A stretch of 40,349 nucleotides of DNA from a virus (lineage: Duplodnaviria; Caudoviricetes): positions 1 through 40,349 of IMG/VR virus record IMGVR_UViG_3300020043_004132; one strand, given 5' to 3'. A program made the translations under genes and the position numbers. Shown here one piece after another: positions 16,507 to 25,762 of this stretch (positions within the stretch are counted from its first letter, which is position 1; every line of letters starts with the position of its first letter). The notes under the pieces are model-generated. The model saw only the letters and a list, made by a program, of their open reading frames with translations, was not told the origin of the DNA and made no database searches.

Positions 16507-18681
16507 TTATCCAAGTGATGCGTTTTGAATGATATTTCTATTCATCGATTGCGCAGTTGTTACGTCGTTAGCAACCACATACGCTTGTACTGGATTTTGT
16601 TGCATTGCACTTCCTAAACTTGACGCAAGTTGATTTGTGCCAGCGTTTCCGACAACGTTAAATTGTGGCGCTGAAGTTGCACCAGCAGTCGCACTTGATG
16701 AAATCGAAGGCGCTGAACCGCCACCACCACCGCCAGGAACTTGAACTGATAAAATCTTTTTAACGTTCATAATACCACCAGCAATTGCAAGTCCAGCGTT
16801 TATTGGCGCAAGAACGGGACCAACAAAAGGAATTCCGATTGTCGATTCATACGCTTTTTGTGCCGAACTAATTGTCGAAATCGTTGTACTCGCAACCGCC
16901 ATCGCTTTTCCAGCCGCAGTTTCTTTTCCAAGTAATTCAGATGCACCAGACAAAGTTGAAGCGACTGCGTCCATAGCATCAATTTTCGCTTTTCCTTCAA
17001 GTTTGTCAATTTCAATTCTTGCTTTTGCGTTTGCCTCTTTTGCTTTTGTGCGTTCTTCTTCAGTCTTGAAATCGCCTTCAGTTATGATTGCATTTTGTTC
17101 GTCAAGAATTGCACGTCTTTCGTCAAAACTTAAAGTCTGGTTTTCAAGTTCTTTTTGCTTTTTTTCAATGTCAGTTGTCGTTTTCTTTTCCGCTTCAATT
17201 GCGTTAAGTTCTTCGCCTTTTATTCTGTACTTTTCTAAAATTTCCAAACGTGCTTTTGCTTTTTCTTCTTCAGACAATTTGACGTTGTCTAATTCTTCCA
17301 AATCACGTTGCTTTTGTAATTCTAATTTTTCACGATCCGTTTTCGCTTTTAAGTCTTCAATTTCATTTGCAGTTTTTTCTTCAATTGCTTTTAAAGCGTC
17401 TTTTTGTTTTTGAAGTTCTTGTTTTTCTTTTTCTGCAATTTCTTTCTTTTTCTCTTTTTCTTCTTTGTCAATTTCTTTTAAAAGTTTCTTTTTTTCTTCA
17501 GCATCAAACAAAGTTGATTTGTTTATTAATTTTCTTTTTTCTTCAAAAGACAATTCTTCATCTTTCAATGATTCTTGAAAATCTTTTTGTCTTTCTTCTT
17601 TTGCCTCTTTTGCTCTTTCTTTTGCGTTTTCGTTTGCCTCTTTTGCTTTTTCGTTTGCGGTTTTATTTGCGTTTGTTTGTTCGGTTTTTATTTCTACATT
17701 TTGTTGTCTAATAAGTGCAACCTTTTCTTCTTTTGATTTATAATAATTATCTCTTTGTTTTGAAAGTTCTTTGTAACTATCTTGAGTCAATTTTTCTTGT
17801 GCCTTGATGACTTCGTCTGAAGCATCTGAATTTTTTAATGACGCCAAAGTATCACGTTCACGTAAAAATGTTGAACGTGCTAACATTGCATTTTTTTGAT
17901 TCAATGCAATTTCTTCGTCTTTATGTTTTAAAGCCAATTTTCTTAATTGTTCAGAACTTGCGCCACTGGCTTTTGCTAAATCATATTGGTATTTGTTATA
18001 ATCTTGTAATTTTGTTGCGCTTTTTTGCGCTTGTTTTGATTGATTTTCAAGCGCTTTTGTATTTGCTTTTATTGATGCGGCTGATTTTTCGTTTGCGTCT
18101 GAACTTTCACTGAACATTTTTATCAATGCGTAACCACCAACAATAAGTGCGGTGATTGCTACAACAATCGCACCAATTGGATTTGCTGACATTGCCGCAT
18201 TCCAAAGCCATTGTGCGGCAGTTGCTATTTTTTGAAAAATAGTTGTTGATTTAATTACCGCACTTAATTGCTTGAATGAATCAACACTTTCGCCAATAGT
18301 TTGTAAACCTTGCGACAAAGCCATTGCGCTTTGAACTTTTAAAAGTGTTTTTTCAACTTCATCTGATTCAACACCAACAAGCCCCATTGCACCTTGAACG
18401 GCTGCAAATCCACCAACAACACCAGCCAATGAAGAACTTAATGCTTTGAATTTTGCATCTGGATTGAATGCGTCTGTCAAAGATTTGGCGTCACCGATTG
18501 CGTCTTTTAATTGCGACGCTTTTTTTGCGGCATTGACCGCTTGTTCAGATGTCGCGCCAAATTTTGCGCTCAATTCATTGACTTCGTTTTGTGCCTCTTT
18601 AAATTGTTGTTTTAAAGATTTGACCGCCCCTTCGGCTTGTTCACTTTGTATCTTTACGTCAATTACCTTTTCAATTGCCAT
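16507..18681 (-). CDS. Tape measure protein
   Basis: 724 aa Ala/Lys/Glu-rich helical protein; WLWNAAMSANPIG motif. Confidence 0.88.
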   Translation of the reverse strand: MAIEKVIDVKIQSEQAEGAVKSLKQQFKEAQNEVNELSAKFGATSEQAVNAAKKASQLKDAIGDAKSLTDAFNPDAKFKALSSSLAGVVGGFAAVQGAMGLVGVESDEVEKTLLKVQSAMALSQGLQTIGESVDSFKQLSAVIKSTTIFQKIATAAQWLWNAAMSANPIGAIVVAITALIVGGYALIKMFSESSDANEKSAASIKANTKALENQSKQAQKSATKLQDYNKYQYDLAKASGASSEQLRKLALKHKDEEIALNQKNAMLARSTFLRERDTLASLKNSDASDEVIKAQEKLTQDSYKELSKQRDNYYKSKEEKVALIRQQNVEIKTEQTNANKTANEKAKEANENAKERAKEAKEERQKDFQESLKDEELSFEEKRKLINKSTLFDAEEKKKLLKEIDKEEKEKKKEIAEKEKQELQKQKDALKAIEEKTANEIEDLKAKTDREKLELQKQRDLEELDNVKLSEEEKAKARLEILEKYRIKGEELNAIEAEKKTTTDIEKKQKELENQTLSFDERRAILDEQNAIITEGDFKTEEERTKAKEANAKARIEIDKLEGKAKIDAMDAVASTLSGASELLGKETAAGKAMAVASTTISTISSAQKAYESTIGIPFVGPVLAPINAGLAIAGGIMNVKKILSVQVPGGGGGGSAPSISSSATAGATSAPQFNVVGNAGTNQLASSLGSAMQQNPVQAYVVANDVTTAQSMNRNIIQNASLG

Positions 18682-18806
18682 TCTTTCGCTTTTTTAATTA
18701 TTTGTTTTAATGTTTTCGGAAATTGATATTTCCCCTTTGCACTTGCAATGATTTCGTTTTGTTCAAAATCTTGTGCCAATTTCAGTAATTGTTGTAAATT
18801 ATCCAT
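18663..18806 (-). CDS. Small 47-aa tail-module protein (not in ORF track)
   Basis: MDNLQQLLKLAQDFEQNEIIASAKGKYQFPKTLKQ...; fills the gap and overlaps both neighbours. Confidence 0.6.
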   Translation of the reverse strand: MDNLQQLLKLAQDFEQNEIIASAKGKYQFPKTLKQIIKKAKEWQLKR

Positions 18807-21096
18807 TTTGTGTGATTACGATTATGTCATTTTCATTTGATATTATACTATAAAACAAATCAACTCCAGTGAAATTTTCTTTTGTTTCTACTTCAACGTA
18901 AGAATCAAAATCATTTATTGAAATTATTTGTCCGTTGATGTCTTGTTGAATTGTCCACGTCAAAGGTTCGTTTGATGTCGTGTCAAATCGTAAAGTTTGA
19001 GCCGATGAATTTATTGTTCTTCCAAGTGAATTATTAAAATTTATACTTCTAAAATCTTGAATCAATTCAAGTTGAACTTCAAACGTTTTTAAATTTGTTG
19101 TAAATTGATTTATGATATATCTTTTATCACGAATCACAATTCTGTCGTTCAATTTTAAAGATAATAATTCAGAATAAGGCAAACGCATTTGAACTTTTAC
19201 CATTCTTGATTTAAGTGAATATAAATTGTTCAAATAAGCAAAATAATAATCTTGAAACAATGAATTTGTAATCGTGTTTAAATAGTACGAACTTATTTCA
19301 ATACCCCAGTTTGAAGAATGCTTTTCATTTTGATAATTTACGTCTTGACCGAAAACATTGTAATTTAAAATCGTTGTTGTTGTTGATCCGTTATTGAATT
19401 TAAAATCACCACTTGAAACATTGCCAAGTTTATACAAAATTACTGGTTTTGGAATGTAAGTCTGAAACGTTTTATTTATTGAATAGCCAACTTGCAAATT
19501 GATTCCAGTGAATTTGTTGAATAGTAAATTTTCAAACGGAAGTTTGATTGTATAGTCGTTTCCGTCTGTGTTAAATACATAACTTAAATTACCAAACTCC
19601 CTCGCATTAATATCAAAAAACGCACGATTCATAAAACTTTCAGATTTTTCATATTCGAAATTGATTTTCTTATATGGTTTTATTCTTTCAAATTCCAAAT
19701 CTGTCGTCGTGTATTGTGTTAAATTTTTGATTTGTCCTTGATAATACCAATTTTCAATTTGTTCTAAAGTGTAAACTGATTCGTTTTCAGAAAAAGCGGT
19801 TAAATTGAACATTTTTAAAATCGAAGAAACAAAGTCAGATACTTTCATATCTGGTACATATTGCGTCAAATCAAGTTGTGAATTTGTGTTTCCACTTCCA
19901 GTTCCTTGTGAAATATAAGGAATCCATTGATATTCATTAATATAAAAATCCCACATTTGATAAAAACTTGTTACGTCTGAATAATATGTACAAGAAGAAC
20001 TTGTTTGAATAGTCAAATAATATGTTCCAACTTCATTTGGTAAATTTATATTTATGTTTGTTCCCGTTCCACTTTGATTGAAATAAAATTGATTGTCTTT
20101 AAAAAGTGTAACAATCCAGGTACTACTTACAGACAAAGACGCTGAAAAAGTAATGACCGCAGTTGCTTGTGATACATCGCCAATACTAACTTCATAACTA
20201 TTGTTTAAAGTGTCAAATGTTATATTTCCGTTATCTTGTACAATTGTTGAAAAATCAACACGAACTGGTGATGAAGTTGGCGCAAAAGTTTCTTTATTTT
20301 TAAGCCACAAATACGCTTGTGTAAATCTTGATTGTGTCAAGAAATTTCCTTGAAAAGAAACGTTGTATTTTAATTCGATTGCGTCAAATATTCTTGCGAT
20401 TTTAATCGCTGGAAATAATTCGTTGTAAAAAATTGGTGTTGCACTATTTGAAATGTCATTCACACCGCCACCGCCATATTGCCAAACTCTACTACTCGAA
20501 ATTAAAGGAAATGAAATGTTTTCGTCAGTATTTGTTTGAACACTTGTTTGAACATTTGAACCAGAATATTCAATTGTGTAATCGTTTAAAGTTTCCAAAT
20601 CCCGCAATTTGTCTTCTCTAAATTTGTCAGTCAATGAAGTTAGAACACCATAAAAAGTAATCTTATAATTTTCTATTTTATTTTGTTTTACCGATGCACT
20701 TTCCAATTGCCATTTTCCAACACGAAAAATTTCGTTGTCAATTTCAATGAATCCGTCATAACGAAGTAATTGATTGAATCCGTTGTCAAGTTCGTTTTCG
20801 TACCAATGACGAAACGTTTCATTGTTCTTTTTTGACGCTGGAATTGTAAATGATTGCGTGTAATCTGTAAAGACTTTCGAAATGTCGTTTATATTCTGAA
20901 TTGAAGAAGTTAAATTGATAATTTCATCGTCAAATAAATCAATAGGAATTGCAATCCTTGAAATTGAAGGAATCAAAGAAATTGTTTCGTCTGCGGTTAT
21001 ACTCGTATCGTCTGAAGTAACAATTGAATTGTCAGCGGTTATTCCAGATTGAGAATAAATTGTTGCGTCTTGATATATGTATAATTTTACAAGCAT
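18799..21096 (-). CDS. Tail tip/baseplate hub protein
   Basis: 765 aa; DISKVFTDYTQSFTIPASKKNN N-terminal motif; position next to the tape measure gene. Confidence 0.75.
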   Translation of the reverse strand: MLVKLYIYQDATIYSQSGITADNSIVTSDDTSITADETISLIPSISRIAIPIDLFDDEIINLTSSIQNINDISKVFTDYTQSFTIPASKKNNETFRHWYENELDNGFNQLLRYDGFIEIDNEIFRVGKWQLESASVKQNKIENYKITFYGVLTSLTDKFREDKLRDLETLNDYTIEYSGSNVQTSVQTNTDENISFPLISSSRVWQYGGGGVNDISNSATPIFYNELFPAIKIARIFDAIELKYNVSFQGNFLTQSRFTQAYLWLKNKETFAPTSSPVRVDFSTIVQDNGNITFDTLNNSYEVSIGDVSQATAVITFSASLSVSSTWIVTLFKDNQFYFNQSGTGTNININLPNEVGTYYLTIQTSSSCTYYSDVTSFYQMWDFYINEYQWIPYISQGTGSGNTNSQLDLTQYVPDMKVSDFVSSILKMFNLTAFSENESVYTLEQIENWYYQGQIKNLTQYTTTDLEFERIKPYKKINFEYEKSESFMNRAFFDINAREFGNLSYVFNTDGNDYTIKLPFENLLFNKFTGINLQVGYSINKTFQTYIPKPVILYKLGNVSSGDFKFNNGSTTTTILNYNVFGQDVNYQNEKHSSNWGIEISSYYLNTITNSLFQDYYFAYLNNLYSLKSRMVKVQMRLPYSELLSLKLNDRIVIRDKRYIINQFTTNLKTFEVQLELIQDFRSINFNNSLGRTINSSAQTLRFDTTSNEPLTWTIQQDINGQIISINDFDSYVEVETKENFTGVDLFYSIISNENDIIVITQNG

Positions 21097-22130
21097 TAAA
21101 TCACGTCGTTTATAAGGTTGAAATTATATTCAAAATTTATTGTGTAGTTTATATTCTTGTCTTTCAATTGCGTTTTTTGTTCGCTCGATGTTGATTTGCA
21201 AACAACTGGAATGTCGTCAAGCAATATAACTTGTGAAACAAGTAAATCTTGAATCAATTCGAAATAATTTTCATCAACCCAGCCAGTATTGCAAGTTATT
21301 TTTTGCGTTCCGTTGAAATTGAATTGTTTATTCGAACCAACAAAAGTATTGTAGTCCCAAGATTCTGGCATTAAATTAAACGTCGAACTTTTTACGTCAA
21401 TTGATTTTTGATGCGCTTTGAAAAATGTCAAGAACGACCAACCGCCAAATCGATTAATAAACGAACAAACAATCGGTGTATATTTTGGCTCACAAATTGA
21501 TTCAATAATAAAACTAAATCTTTTACGAATTTGATTTGTTACTTTATAAAGTGTATATTGTCCGTCTTCTAAAAACGGCAATTTATAAAGTGAACCAGTA
21601 CTTTCAATGGTTGTTGTTCCAAATTCTGAATTTTCATATAACCAATTCCCAGTTTCTAATTCGTCAAGCCAAACATTTACATAACCGCCTTGACCTTCTT
21701 TTTTGTAAATTTTTATATCTGGATTGAATAGTGTAATATATTCAGAATCATCAAATTGATTCGCACCATATAAAGCCGAAGTGTAACCATCAAAACAAAC
21801 GAATGATTCTTCGTCAATTAATTCATATACATTTGTTGAAGTTTCTTTGTATCTTTTTACTTTTGCATAACACCAATTCTTAAATGATTCCAAAGCAACA
21901 ACTGAAGTTGAAATCGGATTTATTTCGTTTATAAATTCAACGCATTTGTTTGCAATATTGTAAACGTTTTCTGTTTGTGTTACTGAAACAATTTTTTTCG
22001 ACATTGTATATGTCGGTGTTGTTGGTTCAGCAATATTTGCGTTCCAAATAAATAATTCAACACGTGAACCGATTTGTCCAACTTCGTCAATTGCGATTGT
22101 GTAAGGTGAACGCACAAATATTTTTTTCAT
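21096..22130 (-). CDS. Tail protein (distal tail-like)
   Basis: 344 aa; FINRFGGW...NTGWVDE motifs; tail operon. Confidence 0.65.
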   Translation of the reverse strand: MKKIFVRSPYTIAIDEVGQIGSRVELFIWNANIAEPTTPTYTMSKKIVSVTQTENVYNIANKCVEFINEINPISTSVVALESFKNWCYAKVKRYKETSTNVYELIDEESFVCFDGYTSALYGANQFDDSEYITLFNPDIKIYKKEGQGGYVNVWLDELETGNWLYENSEFGTTTIESTGSLYKLPFLEDGQYTLYKVTNQIRKRFSFIIESICEPKYTPIVCSFINRFGGWSFLTFFKAHQKSIDVKSSTFNLMPESWDYNTFVGSNKQFNFNGTQKITCNTGWVDENYFELIQDLLVSQVILLDDIPVVCKSTSSEQKTQLKDKNINYTINFEYNFNLINDVI

Positions 22131-22654
22131 TATTCTAATTCTTTTATTAAAAATTTATTTAAGTCTTGTCCGTATGCTTCAAGAATTTCATCTGGTAATT
22201 TTTTAAACGCTTCATCAAATGGTTTGCTAAAAAATTCAGTTGTCCGTAAACCTCGATTGTAAATCGCTGACGAAATCATTGACACCATTTGTTTACGATT
22301 TATGAATTGACCTTTTTCGTTTCTTGTATTTGTCAATCCTTTTCGAATTACCCACTTGTCAATCGATGCACGAAGTCCGCCTTTTTTTCCAGTTCCACTT
22401 CCAAATTGATATGGCGAATTTGGCGCTTTTGCCGAACTCGTTTTTCCTTTGACACCCTTATCAACAAATTTCCAATAGTCTTCAGCATAGAAATCAAATT
22501 CAATTGAATTTGCGTTTTGTTTAAATTCAAATTCTAACGAATCATATAATTTGCCAGACGCATTTTTTCCGTCTTTTTTTAAATTTGACTTTGCTTTTTC
22601 AATTACATAGTTCCCAAATTCTTCAAACGTTTTTTTGACTTCTTTTTGTTCCAT
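22130..22654 (-). CDS. Tail completion/neck protein (HK97 gp10-like; start reassigned to MEQKEV)
   Basis: Basic protein; ASGKLYDSL, YWKFVDKGV and FFSKPF motifs. Confidence 0.65.
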   Translation of the reverse strand: MEQKEVKKTFEEFGNYVIEKAKSNLKKDGKNASGKLYDSLEFEFKQNANSIEFDFYAEDYWKFVDKGVKGKTSSAKAPNSPYQFGSGTGKKGGLRASIDKWVIRKGLTNTRNEKGQFINRKQMVSMISSAIYNRGLRTTEFFSKPFDEAFKKLPDEILEAYGQDLNKFLIKELE

Positions 22655-22658
22655 CTTT

Positions 22659-23111
22659 TTAACAAACAAAAACATTGTTAGCAATCGCCAAATCTAAAGT
22701 TGTGCGCCAGCCGTCAAGTTGATTTGAAAATTTTAAAAGCATCGGTTCGAATTGTGGTTCGTTCAATAGTTCAATATCAAAATCATTGTTTTGCAATTTC
22801 ATTTTTGTAACTACATAATTCAAAATTGCGTGGCACGTATTAAGATTGTCAAGTTCGTTGTCATTGCCAAGAAACTTGTCTTGCACTTGAACTTTTGAAA
22901 CGTTTCGAATGTCTAATATTGTAACCTCAAAACTAAACACAACCACACCAGGTTGAACGTTTGAAGAAATTACGTTTAAGTGCGCTAATGGATAGATATT
23001 TTTTTTATCAATATCAATCAAGTCTGGTGTTCCGTGTGTAATTGTATGAACCAAAGGATTTGATTCAAGCAATTGTTTTAAGTAAGCGACTACGTCGTAA
23101 AATTCTTTCAT
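22659..23111 (-). CDS. Putative tail terminator protein
   Basis: 150 aa acidic protein; IYPLAHL...LDGW. Confidence 0.6.
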   Translation of the reverse strand: MKEFYDVVAYLKQLLESNPLVHTITHGTPDLIDIDKKNIYPLAHLNVISSNVQPGVVVFSFEVTILDIRNVSKVQVQDKFLGNDNELDNLNTCHAILNYVVTKMKLQNNDFDIELLNEPQFEPMLLKFSNQLDGWRTTLDLAIANNVFVC

Positions 23112-23378
23112 TTTTCAAAATTTGTTTTTACTCTTTTTTGTTCTTCAATTTCCGATTCTTTTAAATACAAAAGGAAGGTAAGCGCATTATGGATATTGAT
23201 TGATTCTGCTCGTTCAATATCAAAGATATTTCCTTTTGCAAGTCTGACAATTGAATGGTACCAACCCCAGACTTCTGAAAAAGATCCGCCACTTGCGAAT
23301 TGTCCGTCGTTGTAAGAATCTTTGTTGAATAGTCGAGAATATTGTTCAATAATTCTATTTTTAAACTCCAAAAAAAAA
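23108..23378 (-). CDS. -1 frameshift extension of tail assembly chaperone (GT-like)
   Basis: Frame FFLEFKNRIIEQY...WGWYHSIVRLAKG entered by a -1 slip at the T9 run (23378-23370). Confidence 0.7.
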
Positions 23379-23853
23379 CCAGCGAACCGATTACGCAATC
23401 CATTTTTATATTGGCAAATTCTTCAGCGAATTTGTCGCCTTGAAACTTTTCAATTTCGTACATATTACCTAACGACTTTGTTATTGGTCGATACATTGCC
23501 GACATTAACTTTGTCCAGTTGTCTTCGTTTCCAATTAACGTGTCAATATATGAAAACGTTCCGATTGATTCTTCGTCAAAGTTTGGAACGAATCCGTATT
23601 TCACACCATTCAATTTGAATTGTCTGACAAGTGTTGGTTTCTGTTTTAATACTTCAGACAATTGCTGAATGATTTCCTCAAAGTCATACACTGGTATTTG
23701 CATAACTTGTTCAATGTTCAATTTGCAAAATATTGACACCATCTGAATCGCAACGAATGTTTCGTCATCTGGATTGTCTTGCAATGTTTTTGAAAACCTT
23801 AAATACTGATTCAAGGTGATTTCGCTTAATTGTGTTGGTATAGTGATTCTCAT
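23161..23853 (-). CDS. Tail assembly chaperone (G-like)
   Basis: First gene of the tail operon; contains slippery GTT TTT TTT TGG. Confidence 0.7.
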   Translation of the reverse strand: MRITIPTQLSEITLNQYLRFSKTLQDNPDDETFVAIQMVSIFCKLNIEQVMQIPVYDFEEIIQQLSEVLKQKPTLVRQFKLNGVKYGFVPNFDEESIGTFSYIDTLIGNEDNWTKLMSAMYRPITKSLGNMYEIEKFQGDKFAEEFANIKMDCVIGSLVFFWSLKIELLNNILDYSTKILTTTDNSQVADLFQKSGVGTIQLSDLQKEISLILNEQNQSISIMRLPSFCI

Positions 23854-23882
23854 ATTAATATAACAACAAAAACCAATATTGT
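23854..23882 (-). promoter_or_regulatory. Candidate late promoter ACAA-N12-TTGTT-N8-ATG
   Basis: ACAATATTGGTTTTTGTTGTTATATTAAT-ATG. Confidence 0.6.
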
Positions 23883-23892
23883 TTTTTTATTT

Positions 23893-23917
23893 CTTATTTA
23901 GAATCATTCTAAATAAG
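23893..23917. promoter_or_regulatory. Perfect Fur-box-like palindrome CTTATTTAGAAT-C-ATTCTAAATAAG
   Basis: Perfect 12-1-12 inverted repeat, 10 nt upstream of the candidate late promoter. Confidence 0.7.
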
Positions 23918-23989
23918 CATTCTATTTCTATATTATTATTCTTTATTGATTTGATTATTCGACCAAATCTTTAAAATAGTATAAAAAAA

Positions 23990-24233
23990 AGACGCAAACG
24001 TGTTGATAAAAGACGCAAATTGTTGATAACAGACGCAAATAAAACATCATCGTCTAATTGTTTTTATATTATTTATCTTTGTCAAACGTTGGTATTATTG
24101 ACTTCTTTAAAATAAGTTAAATTCAATTAGACGCAAAGACGCAAAATTTCAACTTTTTCGTGAGGGCATCAAAAAAGTTCTTATAGTAAATGGTTAATAA
24201 GGGATTTCTGTCTTGCGTCATCGTCTTTGCGTC
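23990..24233. repeat. GACGCAAA iteron cluster, candidate replication origin
   Basis: GACGCAAA at 23991, 24012, 24032, 24130 and 24138; inverted (T)TTGCGTC at 24213 and 24226; AT-rich spacer. Confidence 0.7.
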
Positions 24234-24239
24234 ATATAC

Positions 24240-24266
24240 AAAAAAAAAGCAACCGATTAAGGTTGC
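24240..24266 (-). terminator. Intrinsic terminator after large terminase
   Basis: Minus strand GCAACC-TTAATC-GGTTGC-TTTTTTTTT. Confidence 0.85.
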
Positions 24267-24272
24267 AATTTA

Positions 24273-25436
24273 TTAAGTGATTTTGAAACGTCGATTGCTA
24301 TTCTTGAAGTGCATCATTGCGAAATATCGCAAAGCGTCAATTGCGTGGTTGAAGTCGTCAATTGGTTTATTCAATTTCTTTCCCGCTTTGTCGGTGTCCC
24401 AAGAATACGAACGTAATTCTTTTATAAGATTGACACTTGACTTTGTAACAAGAATGTCTTTGTCTTGCAAAACGCTAATTCCGTACACAATTGAATCTTT
24501 TCCTTTTTCAACTGATTTGATATTGAAACCCGAACGACGAATTTCTTCAATTGATTTTGGTTCTGCTGAATCTGCCCAAATAGGAAGTCGCTTGTCCTGG
24601 TTCATTAATCGAATTATATCTGTATTGAGTAAACCAGTTGCATATATTCGTTCGTCGCAAATGATTTTATCATTCCATTGAAACACCGCAATCAAAGACG
24701 ATGGATCGTTTGAGAAACCGAAGTCAAGACCGAACCCAAGTAAAGTTGCTTCAGTTGGAATGTTGTCAATGATTTGCCAATTATTAAATATGACACCTTC
24801 AAGCGAACCAAGTTGTCCAAGTCCGTAAACCTTCCACCAGTTTTCCCAATACGATGACGTCTTTGCTTTTTCACGTGCCTTTTCAATTTCTTTGACAATT
24901 GCCACGTCAAGCGCTTCATTGTCTTTGTAAGTCAATACAACGAAGTCTGTGTCGATGTCATTCATTAATTCAGTATGAACCCAAAATTCATTTGTTGGAT
25001 TGTAATCTAAATAAATAAATTTCTTTGTACGAACTGACAATTGTTGGTATGATTCAAAGTCTATATTGTTGCATTCGTTTACGAATAGAATATCACGTCT
25101 TGCGCCTCGCAATTTGTCTGGCTGGTCCACGCTAAAAAATTCAATGTAAGAACCATTCTTGAAACGATACTTTAAATCTGATTTATTGAATTGCGAATCT
25201 TTGTATAAATCGCAAAGAATCATAATCTTTTGAAAGTCTTTTATTGCACCACGTTTCAAATGCGGAATTGATTCCGACACGATTGAAATTTCCGACATTG
25301 GATTTTCAATTGCATACGAAATCAACAAAGGTATAATCGAAAAAGTTTTCGAAGACGATGTTCCGCCTTGAACGATTCGAATCCGTTTTCTTAATCTGGC
25401 AATTTTACTTTGTGCCGTCGTCGTTTGAAATGACAT
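24273..25436 (-). CDS. terL: Terminase large subunit (PBSX/Terminase_3 type)
   Basis: QGGTSSSKT Walker A, LFVNE Walker B, DYNP, GLDFGFSNDP, ADSAEP, NHAIDALRY. Confidence 0.95.
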   Translation of the reverse strand: MSFQTTTAQSKIARLRKRIRIVQGGTSSSKTFSIIPLLISYAIENPMSEISIVSESIPHLKRGAIKDFQKIMILCDLYKDSQFNKSDLKYRFKNGSYIEFFSVDQPDKLRGARRDILFVNECNNIDFESYQQLSVRTKKFIYLDYNPTNEFWVHTELMNDIDTDFVVLTYKDNEALDVAIVKEIEKAREKAKTSSYWENWWKVYGLGQLGSLEGVIFNNWQIIDNIPTEATLLGFGLDFGFSNDPSSLIAVFQWNDKIICDERIYATGLLNTDIIRLMNQDKRLPIWADSAEPKSIEEIRRSGFNIKSVEKGKDSIVYGISVLQDKDILVTKSSVNLIKELRSYSWDTDKAGKKLNKPIDDFNHAIDALRYFAMMHFKNSNRRFKIT

Positions 25437-25740
25437 CGAGTTCTAATTGTTTAAAGATTGGTTTTTCAATATTGAAGTTCACTTCAGATTCAACTTTCTT
25501 CGGAATGAAATATTGTGCATACTTCGAAAACAAATCCAAGTATCTTGCTGGATCTTTTTCAAGTACTTCGGCAAATGCTTGTTGTATGTTTGGAACTTGC
25601 GATTCAAGTGTCAAGATAAAAAGTTCCCTTGCTTCAATTGTCATTGCGTGTGTTACACCTTTTGGCTTGAAACCTTTGTGTCCTTTTTGGAATCCTTTTA
25701 TACCTTTTCCGCTTTGAATTTCTTGTTCTTCTTGTTGCAT
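25405..25740 (-). CDS. Putative terminase small subunit
   Basis: GFQKGHKGFKPKG N-terminus; overlaps the terL start. Confidence 0.65.
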   Translation of the reverse strand: MQQEEQEIQSGKGIKGFQKGHKGFKPKGVTHAMTIEARELFILTLESQVPNIQQAFAEVLEKDPARYLDLFSKYAQYFIPKKVESEVNFNIEKPIFKQLELDVISNDDGTK

Positions 25741-25762
25741 AAAATTAATATAATTATATTTA

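Noticed and set aside
22655-22680. Fourth copy of the late promoter motif before the neck gene
   Set aside because: ACAA is 20 nt, not 25 nt, from the ATG and lies inside the upstream coding sequence.
23990-24045. Mini CRISPR array
   Set aside because: Units are 20-21 bp tandem repeats without unique spacers, and there are no cas genes.
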